A stretch of 63,344 bases of DNA, filler included, from Octopus bimaculoides (lineage: Eukaryota), in the NCBI RefSeq assembly GCF_001194135.2. It is 5 parts of 5 records of this genome, joined end to end, with 100 filler letters (N's around TTAATTAATTAA, not from the genome) between each part and the next. Parts side by side here need not be neighbours in the genome. Positions count along the whole stretch, not along the records: positions 16,285 to 32,648 come from NC_068983.1; positions 32,749 to 39,467 come from NC_068989.1; 3 more parts are not named here. The stretch is one strand, 5' to 3'. A model generated the notes under the pieces. The model was not told the origin of the DNA. It made no database searches and saw only the letters and a list, made by a program, of their open reading frames with translations. Below, in pieces: positions 24,152 to 37,027 of the stretch. The position numbers and the translations under genes are program-made. Position 1 is the stretch's first letter; each line of letters starts with the position of its first letter.

Positions 24152-24403
24152 GAGGCAACGAGCTGGCAGAATCGTTAGCACGCCGGGTGAAATGCTTAGC
24201 GGCATTGCGTCTGTCTTTACGTTCTGAGTGCAAATTCCGCCAAATTCTGAGTCTAAATTTCGACTTTGCCTTTCATCCTTTCGGGGTCGATAAATTAAGT
24301 ACCAGTTAAGTACTGGGGTTGATGCAATCGACTGTCTCCTTCCACACAAAATCCAGGCCTTGTGCCTATAGTAGACAGGATTATTATTATTATTATTATT
24401 ATT
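24152..24403 (+). mobile_element. SINE family B, full length with (TTA)n tail
   Basis: GAGGCAACGAGCTGGCAGAATCGTTAGCACGCCGGG...CATCCTTTCGGGGTCGATAAATTAAGTACCAG...(TTA)n, preceded by (TTA)n at about 24084-24151. Confidence 0.9.
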
Positions 24404-24406
24404 AAC

Positions 24407-24678
24407 GAGGCGGCGAGCTGGTAGAATCGTTAGCACGCCGGACAAAATGCTTAGCGGCATTTCGTCCGTCTTTTTGCTTTGAATTTCCGCCGAGGTCGAC
24501 TTTGCCTTTCCCGTCTTTTTGCTTTGAATTTCCACCGAGGTCGACTTTGCCTTTCATTCTTTCAGGGTCGATAAAATATGTACCACTCGGGCATTGGGCC
24601 GATGTAATTGACTTCCACACCTCAAATTTGCTGGCCTTATGCCAAAGTAAAAAAAAAAGGATTATTAATATTATTATT
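24407..24678 (+). mobile_element. SINE family B, second tandem copy with an internal duplication of about 45 bp
   Basis: Same head as the preceding copy; GTCTTTTTGCTTTGAATTTCC(G/A)CCGAGGTCGACTTTGCCTTTC occurs twice. Confidence 0.85.
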
Positions 24679-25259
24679 GAACGATTGATTCATTCACTGA
24701 CTGATTGCTAACTTGTTAGGATGAGAATTCAGGATATACTTCAAGTGTAACTAAAAGAAATAAGATTCATTTTCATTTTGTTCTGTACAGAGACATTTTA
24801 TTGAACCGTATGGAAGTTTGCTTCGTACCGAGGCAAGACATTAAAATCGATTTCCTAAATAATTCCATTTAAAAAAAAATTTCAAGTCAATAATGATTTC
24901 TCACTATACGAGAACCGTTCACTAAAAAGTAACACTGAAGAGAGCCAGAGAGCTTCCAAACGGATAAAAGTAGATGCAAGAACTAAACCCCCATCCACCA
25001 CCAAAAAACGGCATTTAAGCAAAAGATTGTAATAATATAAACCATACTTTGGCTACAAAAATAACAGCATTCGTACATACACACCCAAACACAAATCCTC
25101 AATCGAAACATCTCACTGAAAGTACGCAAACATGGCAACATTATATCCTTAAAACGATACATTTCTGCCTGTATCTACAACTCTAGTATGAAAGAAAAGA
25201 AAATAACTTACTTGTGCTTTGCCAAAGCCACGAGAGATTTTTTCGTGCTAGCCAAAGAA

Positions 25260-27210
25260 AAATTATAGTTTGCCCTCCCAGATACATAGAGTGAAATTTT
25301 CTTCATCGGAAGAGGTAAGCCATAAATGATATGATATGGTACAAGGTGAGATTGCGAGCTCAGATAGGTCGATCCGTCTGGTAGTGCAAGGAAGGAGTTC
25401 TTGTTACACGAGTGGTAATAAAGACATTTTGAGAATTTTTATCCTAGAAGAAGAGAGAAGATAAAGTAGAAAGAGAGCGGCAGACAGCGCCAGAGACAGC
25501 AGAAGGTCCCAGAAGTGAAATCTGCGGTTGCTGTAGTCATTACTTTCAAATCATCACCTGTCGCAGAGCTGAGTACAGATAGTTGGAACGGCAGCAAACG
25601 ACGTCTTCTCATCAGGAGCCAATGGCGACCGAGAAACCGAGTGATCTCCTCCTCCTCCAGCAGAAGACCTGACAGAGGCTACGAACAACAGTACTAGGTC
25701 ATCTTTTTGAGGTAATTAGGAAGGAATAGAGAATGAAAAAGCACGTGAAACTGTCGAGGACGGTAAGAAAAGAAAGAACTTAGACAAAAGGTGAGGAAAA
25801 GACTGGCAGTTCATCATGACGAAGCGCCCAATCTCACGGAGTGACTGAAGTAATTCGAAGGGAGAACCCTAGCGTATTTAATTCAATGCTGATCATAAAA
25901 ATAGACAAATCAAATACTGGGCTGATTGAGAAGATGAGAGACGAGTGCATGCTGCCCCAAGATGGTAGAAAGTTTTTGACTACCATGTCAGCTTCCTATT
26001 AGCAGCTGAGGAATGTGGAGTCTTTCACTGCTCTGTTAAGCCCAACAATAGCCATAAACATTTTTGGAGCACTCAACTTGCAGACAGTGATCGAAATAGA
26101 GGTGGCCAGAATCTTGAGACACTGATCTTACCCAAGTAGTACTTTCCCACCATTGTGCAGGTAGCATGTTCTTATTTGGATTAATTTTGTGTATCAAATT
26201 TTTCATCGGTCATAATCTATTTCGTTTTGGTCCCAACTGTTTATTACACACATACATATACTCGTTCCCATAGGTCTTCTTAACCACTTTCTTTGTAGCA
26301 CAGTTTGTGTTGTATGTGTAGGATTTTTAGTCAATAAAGAAAAAAATGTTAAAATTTATTATTGTTGTTGTTGATGTTCACTATGAACGGTCACGTTTCA
26401 CAGAACACTGCTTAGAAGATTATCTTTAAAAAAAAACAACGTATTTTCTGTTCTTTTTACTAATTAAAAGCTCTGAAATACTTGAATGTCTATTCCAGTG
26501 CCTAGAATAATGGAATCTCTGGATAATTTCAAAGAATTCCTGTCTGGTAGTGCGACAGAAGTCGGAGCACTGCCAGTTCGACACAAATTCTACAGGAGTA
26601 AAGATCTGACTAGTCGGTACTGTACGTGATGCGCACAGATCGACGAAACCGATCTGCTCTAATTAAGTGTCCGAGCATTGTTGACTTGTGAATTTTTTTG
26701 AATAGCTATCGTTGCCTGAAAGACAGATCTGGCTATCAACTGATTCCTTCAGAAAGATGGCTTTTCTTTGACTATCTAGGGCAGGCAGTTTTGCTCTGCC
26801 TGGTGTCTATAACAAAAGACGTTGCTTGTTGAACGTGGCTGAAAGGATTGAAGACAGATACTTCTCTCTCCTGCCAAAACCTCATTGACTTTCTCAAGGT
26901 CAGTTGGAGAAGGAAACGCTACCTTTCAGTAAATTTTATGAAAGACGTGTGAAAGTGGCAAGCATGGTCTGAGCGGAGGGATTTACACATTGCATAAGCC
27001 TGAAGATATACACTTTGTATACGCCTGAAGACTGAAAAATAAAGTGAAGGTACTTCTTGGTAGTCAGGGTAATCCTCCTAGGTGTCAATCTTCCTTTAAA
27101 GACATGAAATTTTGCATGTTTACATACTTTCACTTTATTTATGTTAACTTACATACACCTTGCAACTTTCCTTATGGGATGAACCGTTATTCGTCGCCCG
27201 TTTGACATAA
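25260..27210 (+). mobile_element. Decayed, internally deleted Tx1/L1-like LINE
   Basis: RLVVQGRSSCYTSGNKDILR (degenerate ORF1 knuckle) at about 25.38 kb; ALPVRHKFYRSKDLTSRYCT*CAQIDET (zf-RVT-like) at about 26.57 kb; an LIDFLK..RRK C-terminus; and an A-tail at about 27206-27217. Confidence 0.45.
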
Positions 27211-27339
27211 AAAAAATCATTATCATTATTTGGACAATTCAAAGGAAAGTTACCGTCTTTCTTGCTCGTTCCTCAGGCAAGTATGCAGTGGTTATTTTTA
27301 ATCTGTTGGTCTGTGCTATCAAAGTTGACGTTGTAGTTT

Positions 27340-27445
27340 GCATTCCATTCTTCCAGCAGTGATAAATTAAGTACCAGTTGCGTACTGGGGTCGATCTAAT
27401 CGACTGGCCCTATCCCCCAAAATTTCGGGTCTTAGAGTAGAAACG
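27340..27445 (+). mobile_element. SINE family B, 3' fragment
   Basis: GATAAATTAAGTACCAGTTGCGTACTGGGGTCGATCTAATCGACTGGCC...AAAATTTCGGG. Confidence 0.75.
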
Positions 27446-28439
27446 GATATATATAGCTGCAGTCAAATACTGGTGATCGATGTAATAGATTATGTTCTGT
27501 ATCGAGGATTGTCCTGATGTTTAGGAATCATTATAATTTGATAGTATTAATTTAGTAATATTTTGCGACACCAGCGCCTGTTCTGGCACTAATGTATATG
27601 TAAGAACGACCGTGCGAACCCAAAAAGGAGAAATGGTGACGAATGGAAAAAACAGAACTCCTTTTATTTAAAACGTGTCACACGGTCGAACACAAAATAT
27701 TATATCGAAGATGATATACAAATAATGTTATACTACGATAACATAGATGGCCAGTAATTAAAGACGATATTGAAGACAACCGTATAAGATGAATAACAGA
27801 ATTATTTTATTGTGGCGTTAAAATGTATGTCTGTGTGTGAGTGTGAATGCGACATATAAGAACATAATAAAAGACAGGCCGTCGTATAAAGAAAAGTGTG
27901 TGTAAGTGATACATGTATGTGTATGCGTTATATACAGCAGATAGAAAGAGTCAGTAACACGTGAGCATTTATACCAGTTCTTGAGTACACAATAGGAAGA
28001 GTCTGTATGTGAAAGAAGTTGAGGCGCATGTGTGTGGCAGAGCGATCACTAGTTGTGATGTTGTGGCTTCCATGCCGGGCCGGGTTCCTGTGGACAGACG
28101 TTTATCGCAGGCTGAACTCTTGTTTTGTTTATTTATCGTGGTGAAGCTGAAACACCAAACAGAATCGAAGAGAGAATATGTGCCGCAGTAGTTTGGATTG
28201 GTGTACATAGAAAGTCGTGTTGACTATGGTTGGCGATGACGAATGCTTGGTAGTAGTCGTAGACTCGTGTTGCTGATGGCGATGATGATGCTGGTTAGTA
28301 GTCGTAGACTCGTGTTGCTGATGGCGACGTCGGTGTGTAGTCGTAGCTGAAGAAGCTGTTGATGGAGTCGCTGGACTGCTGCTGCTGCTGCTGTGTGGTA
28401 CACGGAACAGTCTCTAAGAGAAACTGAACCGAGACAAAT

Positions 28440-28605
28440 TTTGCCGCTGAATTAAAGCTTTTTATAGTTGACGGTGGGCTCACAAGGCATCAGAAAAATA
28501 CTCTATCACGTGACCCTATTAGGGGCCGTGATTGGTCAGTTTGCGTTCTGGCGGGAACGGTTCGAAGAAGTTGCCGCTTCAAATAATAATCAGTCACGTG
28601 ATGAC
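28440..28605 (-). promoter_or_regulatory. Pol II promoter-like motif cluster
   Basis: On the minus strand in order: TCACGTGA (28594-601), TTCCCGCC (28550-57), CCAATC (28530-35), TCACGTGA (28506-13), TATAAAAA (28459-66). This is a motif match only; I have no expression data. Confidence 0.4.
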
Positions 28606-29954
28606 AAGGAAATGTGTTTTCTACTACGGCCGATCTTGAATATATTTATAACGGCAAGAGAACATGGCTTCTTTGTATATAATGGCGATCGAGGTGTTAG
28701 TTTCACTACATATATTATAATTTGACTATGGACGTAACTGCAAACGTAGACAGGAAGTGGTAGTAAAAAAAAAATGTATAACAGTATAGCATGTAGTAGC
28801 TATATTTACATATTTCCTGTTAGCAGATGGTACAAACTGGCTGGAATCCAAAAACTTTCGAAAGGCAGAAAGCTGAATTTTATTGCTGCTTGTAAGAGAA
28901 GCAGACTAGTTCTTTGATAGCATCTACCTTGGCATCACGTTTTTAGTTCAAACCTGCAGGAGGTCGATGGAATAAACACGATTTTATTTTTAATAAGACA
29001 CAAGGACAAATTAACAAATTCATGTTGTTGTTGTTGTTGTTGTTTAGCTTTAAGTTAGCCATGATCGGACAGGCGTATGACCTAATGCATTTCCGCTGCG
29101 ATCAGCTGCGTCTTTTTAGAAGGCACCTATGACTATATTGTCTAATATATCTTTTCTTTAGTTAAGATGCCAGGACGTGTGATTTGATGGAGATTTGATT
29201 GCTATTTCTAGCAGGTTGAACAGCGCATAGAAGCTCGTTAGACAATTATTTAATCGACTCTGATAGGATTTGAACTCTGGACCGAAAGGGGCGAAATTAA
29301 ATTCAATAAAGTCTGTAGGCATAAAAACATTTCGCTTCGGTGACTCCAACTTAACAGAAGTATGTAGAAGTATGAAGAATACACCACAAATTGACACTTT
29401 TCACATGAAAAATGATCCTGTCATAAGTGCTTCGGTAAGCACAGTGAAATCTATTTTCCGCTGACGAAATCACAACAGAATAAAAACATGTCTGGAAATG
29501 TCACCTGTATTTGTTAGAATGATAAAAATAATATTAGTTTTTTTACTAATATTGTTTTTTCCTCCCTGCACAATTATTTATAGTTAGAGTTATAATACTC
29601 CTTGCATTAAATATGTTATGCATACGTTTTTCACCTTTTAGCTTAATACTGAGAGAAAAACCTGTCTCCATCAGGTCTCACTGTAAGCAAGAAACAAATA
29701 CTCTTTTTCATTACAACTTTTTTTTAACTATCTCTCCAACATTTCACTGACACTTTCCAAGACCCCCTGCTATGGTTCAACAGACTTAAATCCAGTACAA
29801 AAAACTGCTGTCCTTAGCTATTTCTGCAATGAGACAATAGCCTAGGCGCGCGCGTACACACACGCACATACATGCTTATATAAATATGTGTGCGTGCGTG
29901 TGTATGTATATGCACGCTAGCTGTACGTGTATATTAGCTGTCCTTGTGTCTGTA

Positions 29955-29989
<35 letters not shown>

Positions 29990-30299
29990 CTAGTGATGTA
30001 TTTCGGTATGAATGAATATAGTGAATGTGTATCAATGTGAATAGATATGTGATGCCATGGTGATGTGGTACAGGAGTGTATTTTACTGTGTTTTAAGTGA
30101 AGAAGTACATATTCAGATAAAAAGCTATCTGCTAAAGCGATAAACTTGTAGTGATATTGATATACTCATGTTGGAAGAGACTTGTGGTAATCAAAATATA
30201 CCACCCGCATGAAGCGAGTAACCAAACAATCAAGCCAAACAACAAAGGATTGATCGATTTAACTTTATATATAGGAATTCGAAAGGATAGAGTTAGAAT

Positions 30300-30582
30300 T
30301 AGTGGCGTAGCTAACAGAGGTGGGGGGGGGGGGAAGAGGAACGACCTCTTCTCCAGAACATATTTTTCAAAGTTGGCACCTTTTCAGCAATTTTGCTTCA
30401 TACATAACGACACAGTTACTGAAACACGAAATTAATGAATGTATATTGCAATTACATATATTATAACTAATGAAATATTTCACGCAATGTAAGAGAAATG
30501 AGTTAAAAAATTGTTTGGCGTGTGTCACGGCGCCTTTTTTTGTGCTCGCTCCCTCTAACTCTAGAGCCTGACTACGCCTCTG
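30300..30582. mobile_element. hAT-type MITE (283 bp) with an 8-bp TSD
   Basis: TSD GTTAGAAT at 30292-30299 and 30583-30590; TIRs TAGTGGCGTAGC / ACTACGCCTCTG. Confidence 0.85.
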
Positions 30583-30612
30583 GTTAGAATGATAACTTTC
30601 ATTGGTTGAAGT

Positions 30613-30706
30613 GCACAGTATATGAAGTCATTTACATCCATTATATTCTTAGTTTAGATTTTTGCTAATAGCTCATCCAGTTTCTATACTGATTTTCGTA
30701 GGTTTC
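30613..30706 (-). mobile_element. Short fragment of the same R4/Dong-like family as 20580-24070
   Basis: Closely matches about 23629-23722 (GCACAGTATATGAAGTCATTTACAT(T/C)CATTATATTCTTAGTTTAGATTTT...). Confidence 0.75.
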
Positions 30707-31111
30707 AAATACTGTTTCCTGACTGGGTGAAATTGATCAAACTCTATTTTTAAAAACATTTTCCGAGAAAAGATGAAATAACTCCAGCAATTCAGTTTGG
30801 GCAAGTGTATTATTGTGCCAGCGCCAGAGTAACCAGTGAACATCGAAGGTAGTTAGAGGAAGAAGTTGCTGTCTGCTAGTAGAGAGGGAAAGAGTAAGGA
30901 ATGCACGGTGCCGATTAGAAAGGAAGAAAGGATAAAGGTGGCTCTGTTCTGATTGGCTGTATGCAAATGAATTCATTACTGGGGTCCAGAACTCTCGTGA
31001 GAAAAAAATTTCGCCGCCCGGCTTGCTCACAGTTCTGTCAGCTCGCCCTAAATTAGAAAGGAATTTTAGTGGCATAAGGGAAATGAAAATAGTTTCAAAT
31101 AGGAATTGAAA

Positions 31112-31464
31112 GAGCAAATCAACCCCAAGACTTATTCTTTGTAAGCCTAGTACTTATTCTATCGGCCTCTTATGCCGAACCGCTAAGTAACAGGGACGTA
31201 AACACACCAGAATCGGTTGTCAAGCGATGTTGGGGGGGGGGAAGGGTTGCAAACACAGACACACAAACATATACACACACGTACATATATACATATATAC
31301 TACGGGCTTCTTTCAGTTTCCGTCTACCAAATCCACTCACAAGGCTTTGGTCGTCCCGAGGCTATAGTAGAAGACACTTGCCCAAGATGCCACGCAGTGG
31401 GACTGAACCCGGAACCATGTGGTTCGTAAGCAAGCTACTTACCACACAGCCACTCCTACGCCTA
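31112..31464 (-). mobile_element. SINE family A, tail truncated
   Basis: Collinear with 22970-23310. Confidence 0.9.
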
Positions 31465-33757
31465 TACTGAGACTTTTTTTATTTTTCGAGTTGTAGTTAT
31501 TGCTATGTTGTCTCTTGTCAATCCTGATTGAACAGACATATCATTAAAAGCATTCCAGCAACGACGACACCATCTTCCCCACCCCGTGCATTGTGTACAT
31601 AGGACAACAATACCGAATGCATTATTTTCCTTTGAGATTGTCGTAATGTTGATAATAGCTAGTATGCATGGAAGTGCAAATATCGTTGTTTTTATATTTA
31701 AAACTTGTACATACACAAATGCATGCATGAATATATTCACACAAACATATGTATGCATGAATGCTATGTTATAAGCCCTTAACTCCTTGACAGTGTCGCA
31801 GGGACGCCGTCATAACATACAGCATGTCTTGAGCACTTTTGGACCTGGCAAAGACCACCTCTTCCCAGATTTGATTACTATAAATTTAGTTTAGAAAAGA
31901 AAGAGATTGGCAGAAATGATGAGTTAGAGAAAGAGATTGGTACAGGATCGATACTTTATTTATCGATTCGAATTAATGAAAAGCAAAGGTGATCTCGGCT
32001 AAAATAATTACCATAAGGCAGTCTGACGCTATAACGAATCTATCAATATATATATATATATNNNNNNNNNNAGAGAGAGAGAGAGAGAGAGAGAGATTTC
32101 AACAACTACATTTAAGCTAATAGCAAGGAATATTGCTAAAGAGTTGGCGCTTTTAAGGAAGGTCTGCAAATTTCTGCTGATAACAATCCTAACCGTGAAA
32201 ATTACAAGCTTGCAATAAACTCAGTTTCTTCACTGAGCTGTACAAAGATATGACGCACTATAAGCATCAAATAATTTTGGATTATATAGATGGTTACCAA
32301 GGGAGGTAACCATTTCTTCATAATATGAGGCGAGATCTGAAGTTTTGATTTAAAATTAGGGAATTACGAGGGAAAAAAATTCACGTTTAATTATTTTGTT
32401 TATTACGAAGTTCTTAAAATTTATTGTCAATGGTAATCATGGATAATACTATTTCATTCTTTTTAAAAATCTTTTGCATGATATAACACGTGACTTATTA
32501 AACATTATGTTACGAAGTGTGGCATTTCATTAATGATGGAAATAATTACAGATTTGAGGGGATTCAAAGAATGTCCTTTTCTTTCCTTCCAAAGCACGTT
32601 AGTTTGAAAATCGAGAGAAAAGTGAGAAAGTTCTTCGTGCTTACTTACNNNNNNNNNNNNNNNNNNNNNNNNNNNNNNNNNNNNNNNNNNNNTTAATTAA
32701 TTAANNNNNNNNNNNNNNNNNNNNNNNNNNNNNNNNNNNNNNNNNNNNACACATACATATATACATACATACATACCCATATGTACATAAATATATACGT
32801 ATATATACATCGATTATGCAAGGAAGAATTCTGAAAAATAATTTCCAAATCACTGGTCATGTGTGGAACGGCGTAATGTCAGCGCTAATTTCATTTTCCT
32901 ACATTAACGTTGGCTGCCTGAGACATCGAAACATTACAAATCATGGATATTGAAACTAATTCAATTGACTGTGTGTTTATAATTCATTTATTGCTGGACA
33001 ATTAAAATTTACAAATAATATCAGATACTTGTCGAATGACTAAACATCTTAGATGTTTTCAAACTTCACAAAGGTCGATTCAAGGAAGGAAGCGATGCTG
33101 GATGGATGGATGTTTTGTCGCTGTTGTTTGGTGAGGGTTCATATCTTTGATTGACTGCTTGGTTTAGTCATAAGAGTTGAAATCAAAAGCTCTCTCTGTT
33201 GGTGTGGGTATCTGGGTATCTTTCTATGTAGAGTTTCCCATTAATCTCTCCTATCACTGTCTCTTCTTTTCTCCGTTGGCATCTCTCTGTTTGTCTTTCT
33301 TTCATCTAATCGAGTCTTTGTGTGTCTCAATCCAATAAAATATATAGGATTCGAGATACACAGATACATACATACATACATACATATATATATACATATA
33401 TATATATATGTGTGTATATATGTATATATACATATATATATATATNNNNNNNNNNNNNNNNNNNNNNNNNNNNNNNNNNNNNNNNNNNNNNNNNNNNNNN
33501 NNNNNNNNNNNNNNNNNNNNNNNNNNNNNNNNNNNNNNNNNNNNNNNNNNNNNNNNNNNNNNNNNNNNNNNNNNNNNNNNNNNNNNNNNNNNNNNNNNNN
33601 NNNNNNNNNNNNNNNNNNNNNNNNNNNNNNNNNNNNNNNNNNNNNNNNNNNNNNNNNNNNNNNNNNNNNNNNNNNNNNNNNNNNNNNNNNNNNNNNNNNN
33701 NNNNNNNNNNNNNNNNNNNNNNNNNNNNNNNNNNNNNNGATCAAAACCCTTTCTAAC

Positions 33758-34650
33758 ATGGAAGTATCCAAAGAGCATTTAAGGCACATAATGCTTTAGG
33801 AGTACAAAAAAGGAAACTCTGCAGCCGAAGCGACTCAAAACATACACTCAGTTTATGAGAAAGAATGCTTGAATGAAAGAACTTGCAGAAGATGGTTTGC
33901 AATATTTAGAAGTGGAGATTTCATCTTTGAAGATAAAGATCAAACAGGACGTCCAGTTGAGTTTGATGATAAGCTCCTTGAGGCATTACTTGAAGAAACT
34001 CCTGCATTATCAGTTGAAGAATTGGCAATAAAGCTTAGTTCAAACCATACAACTATTCGTTGTCACCTTCAACAACTTGGAAAGGTTCCTAAACTTGGAA
34101 AATGGGTGCTTCATGAATTGTCCGAAAGTAACCGCAAATCTCGAGTTGACATCTGCTCTTCTCTCCATTCTCTCGAACTCATTTCACCCTTTTTGGATAG
34201 ACTTGTGACTGGTGATGAAAAATGGACCTTCTGTCGAAATGTTAAACGTCGTAAACAGTGACTTCGTAAAAGGGAAAAAAAACTCAACCACAACCGAGAA
34301 GGGAACTTCATGGAAAAAAAGGTTCTTTTCTCGATCTGGTGGGATTGGAAAGGAGTAATTCACTTTGAATTGTTACCACCTAATGCAACAATCAATACTC
34401 AAGTCTACTGTCAGCAATTCTGTTTCATCAGAACAATGTACGACCTCACACTGCAAAGATCACATCACAGAAGATCGAAGAGCTTTGCTGGGAAAAAATT
34501 CCTCATCCACCTTTTTCTCCCGACCTTGCTCCTTCAGGCTACCGATTGTTTCTTAGTTTACAGAATCATATGGGGGACATAACTTTCACAAGTCAGGAAG
34601 AGGTCGAAACTGACATTTCAGAGTTCTTCGCTTTGAAACCAAAATCCTAA
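33758..34650 (+). pseudogene. mariner (D,D34D) transposase pseudogene
   Basis: MEVSKEHLRHIML*EYKKGNSAAEA...RTCRRWFAIFRSG...GKWVLHELS...LVTGDEKW...KVLFSIWWDWKG...HQNNVRPH...FSPDLAPSGY. The second and third catalytic Asp are replaced (N, G) but remain 34 residues apart. It has stops, frameshifts and an internal deletion, and the left TIR falls in the N gap. Confidence 0.9.
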
Positions 34651-35039
34651 CTGTCAGTATATATATATTTACCATATGAACTCAGGGCTGCTTCAGTAAA
34701 ATGCTAATGTAAAAATTATGAATAATGAAAGCGACGGTATGCAATATTAAACCAAGAACGAAAAATTCAATTGTCACTTGTTGTAACTGAGGATGCAGGG
34801 TAGCACTTACGTTGCTAGAAATGTAATACATATATATGTTATTTAAAAAACACAATATATGTTATTTATTTGCTACTGCTGAAAATCTCAGACCTAGAAT
34901 TTAGTAGTGAGTTAAGGATCTTAGATCTGAAAAGGATGTGAGATCTTTCAGCTAAGCATAGTATACATTTATTTGACACATTAACATAAAATGGCGAGTT
35001 TCGATTATTTCCCACTTAATCGTAAGTGGTGTTTCAAAC

Positions 35040-35760
35040 TGCACACGTTGCCAGGTAACTTAGTAGCTCTGCTTTATTCCTTATGCCAGAAGGAAACTAT
35101 GAGATTCGCATAGCGATTTTTAAACTCTCCTGTCCAGACCCAGGATCTTGTCCACTAGACCAGCGACGTATGATTCAACTTGTCATATATGAGGCAGAAG
35201 TTGCTGTAACAGTAGATGATAATACAAGACATATATTGGACCATGCCAAAGAGAGTTGGTGCAGCTTTGTTGTTCTGTGTAGCTATCGCATCCTGAATGT
35301 TTCATTTGGTCTCTGCTTGAAACCGAAATTAATTAGCGAAAGCATGTTACATGTTACCAAACAATACTCACTACTTGCGAGTGCCGGTTATCTGCACTTA
35401 TTACAGATTTATTATTCTGTTCATAACACAACTGCGATGTATTTTCTTCGATATCTCCGTATTTGCAGCATATATTGTGCGTAACAAGGGAATTAAATAG
35501 ATCGTAGCCGTTAATGTATTTCGCCTGGCAAGCATAATTTCGCATATTCAACAATGGAGTATGAAGTTTTCTTTCAGCCAAAATCTTTTGGCCACTATCA
35601 GCTCTAGAAGTTATTAAAGTTATTAAGTCCAGCTGTTTCTCAACATTGTAATTATTTCCAGTGCATATCTTCAGATTCTCATTAAAAACATTACCAGATA
35701 CATTTACAATTCTTGCTCTTCTAGACGCTAGCATGGAACCAGCGAACTCATGCAAAAAGA
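35040..35760 (-). pseudogene. Unidentified decayed reading frame
   Basis: The 133-aa ORF 35354-35755 continues in the same frame through scattered stops with protein-like text (LWHGPIYVLYYHLLLQQLLPHI*QVESYVAGLVDKILGLDRRV*KSLCESHSFLLA). I do not recognise the family. Confidence 0.35.
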
Positions 35761-36520
35761 AATGATAATAGGTTTAGTGCCAAAATAAATAGAAATATAG
35801 ACAGGATGTCTCTTCGGAATATTGTAAGCATACATACTCTAAGATATAATAGTTGGGCTTTCAATTACAGGAATGAAAATAGTTTATGATGTTGTTGCAT
35901 TTGTACTTCCTGCAAACAAGAACTATTGAAGTTGTTATATTCACTAAATAATGGTGAACTTCCTTCTCAATTTCGATTTATGAACATAAATTTGTTCGGT
36001 CATCCGAACAACCTACTCATTGAGTTATCTTGCCAAATGGCTGGATATTCCTCAGACACGAGTACTCTTAAATTAATCCTCAAGTAGAAATACCAATGCA
36101 ATCCTATAGATTTCTATTTATTTTCAGTGAGGTTAAATTCATATACAGGTTTCCAAGTCGATACGAGGCAACGGTAAATGCGTCCGCCTAAGATGTCAAG
36201 CAGTGAGATCGAACCGTGTTCTTCATATTTGCAGAGCGAAATTTTCCTCCACTATAGCCATGCCTGTACATTTACTAAATACTATGTCTCTTGCAAATAA
36301 ATGAGAGGTATAGATTCCACTGCGTTCCGCTCATCATGACGTATCCCAAAGTTTCTGTTGTATTGTCAGGTCTTTACCTGAAACGGCATAGTTTTATCAT
36401 TATGAAGGAAATCAGCATCTCTGTCAAATAGTTATTAATATATTTAATGCTTGAACTTTGAAAGGCTAATTAGTAATACTCGTTTGGAGAGGAACAGACA
36501 ACATTATTTTAATTATTTAA

Positions 36521-36742
36521 TGGCAGCGAGCCGGCAGAGTCGTTAGAACGCTGGACGAAATGCTTGGCGGTATTTCGCCCGTCGCTACGTTCTGAGTTCA
36601 AATTCCGCCGAGGTCAACTTTGACATTCATCCTTTCGGAGTTGATAAATTAAGTACCAGTTGCGTACTGGGGTCGATGTAATCGACTGGCCTACTCCCCA
36701 CCCCAATTTCAGGCCTTGTGCCTCTAGTAGAAAGGATTATTT
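36521..36742 (+). mobile_element. SINE family B, full length
   Basis: TGGCAGCGAGCCGGCAGAGTCGTTAG...GAGTTCAAATTCCGCCGAGGTC...GCCTTGTGCCTCTAGTAGAAAGGATTATT. Confidence 0.9.
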
Positions 36743-37027
36743 TAATTATCATTACGATATGCAGGGGGAGACAACTTCGTATATGTTTTAGTCTCATGAG
36801 GCAATGGCTTCCGGGCGCCAGCCTCACAGCTCTTAGCGAGTATGTGTTGATAGAATTACTAAATAAGCAAACAACAAAGTGTACGACTGAGCAAAGACAA
36901 CGCAATTTGATAACCACATTACTGAGAGAGATTAACGAGATCCTCCAAATGAGTTATCCCCCTATTTACCGGAATTAAGCGTCGACTAATACGGTAAAAT
37001 TTGAAACCAAAATTATCAGGAAGAATA

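Noticed and set aside
28213-28330. Repeat-spacer-like pattern resembling a CRISPR array
   Set aside because: There are only two good units, the intervening sequence is short and similar, the context is eukaryotic and there are no cas genes.
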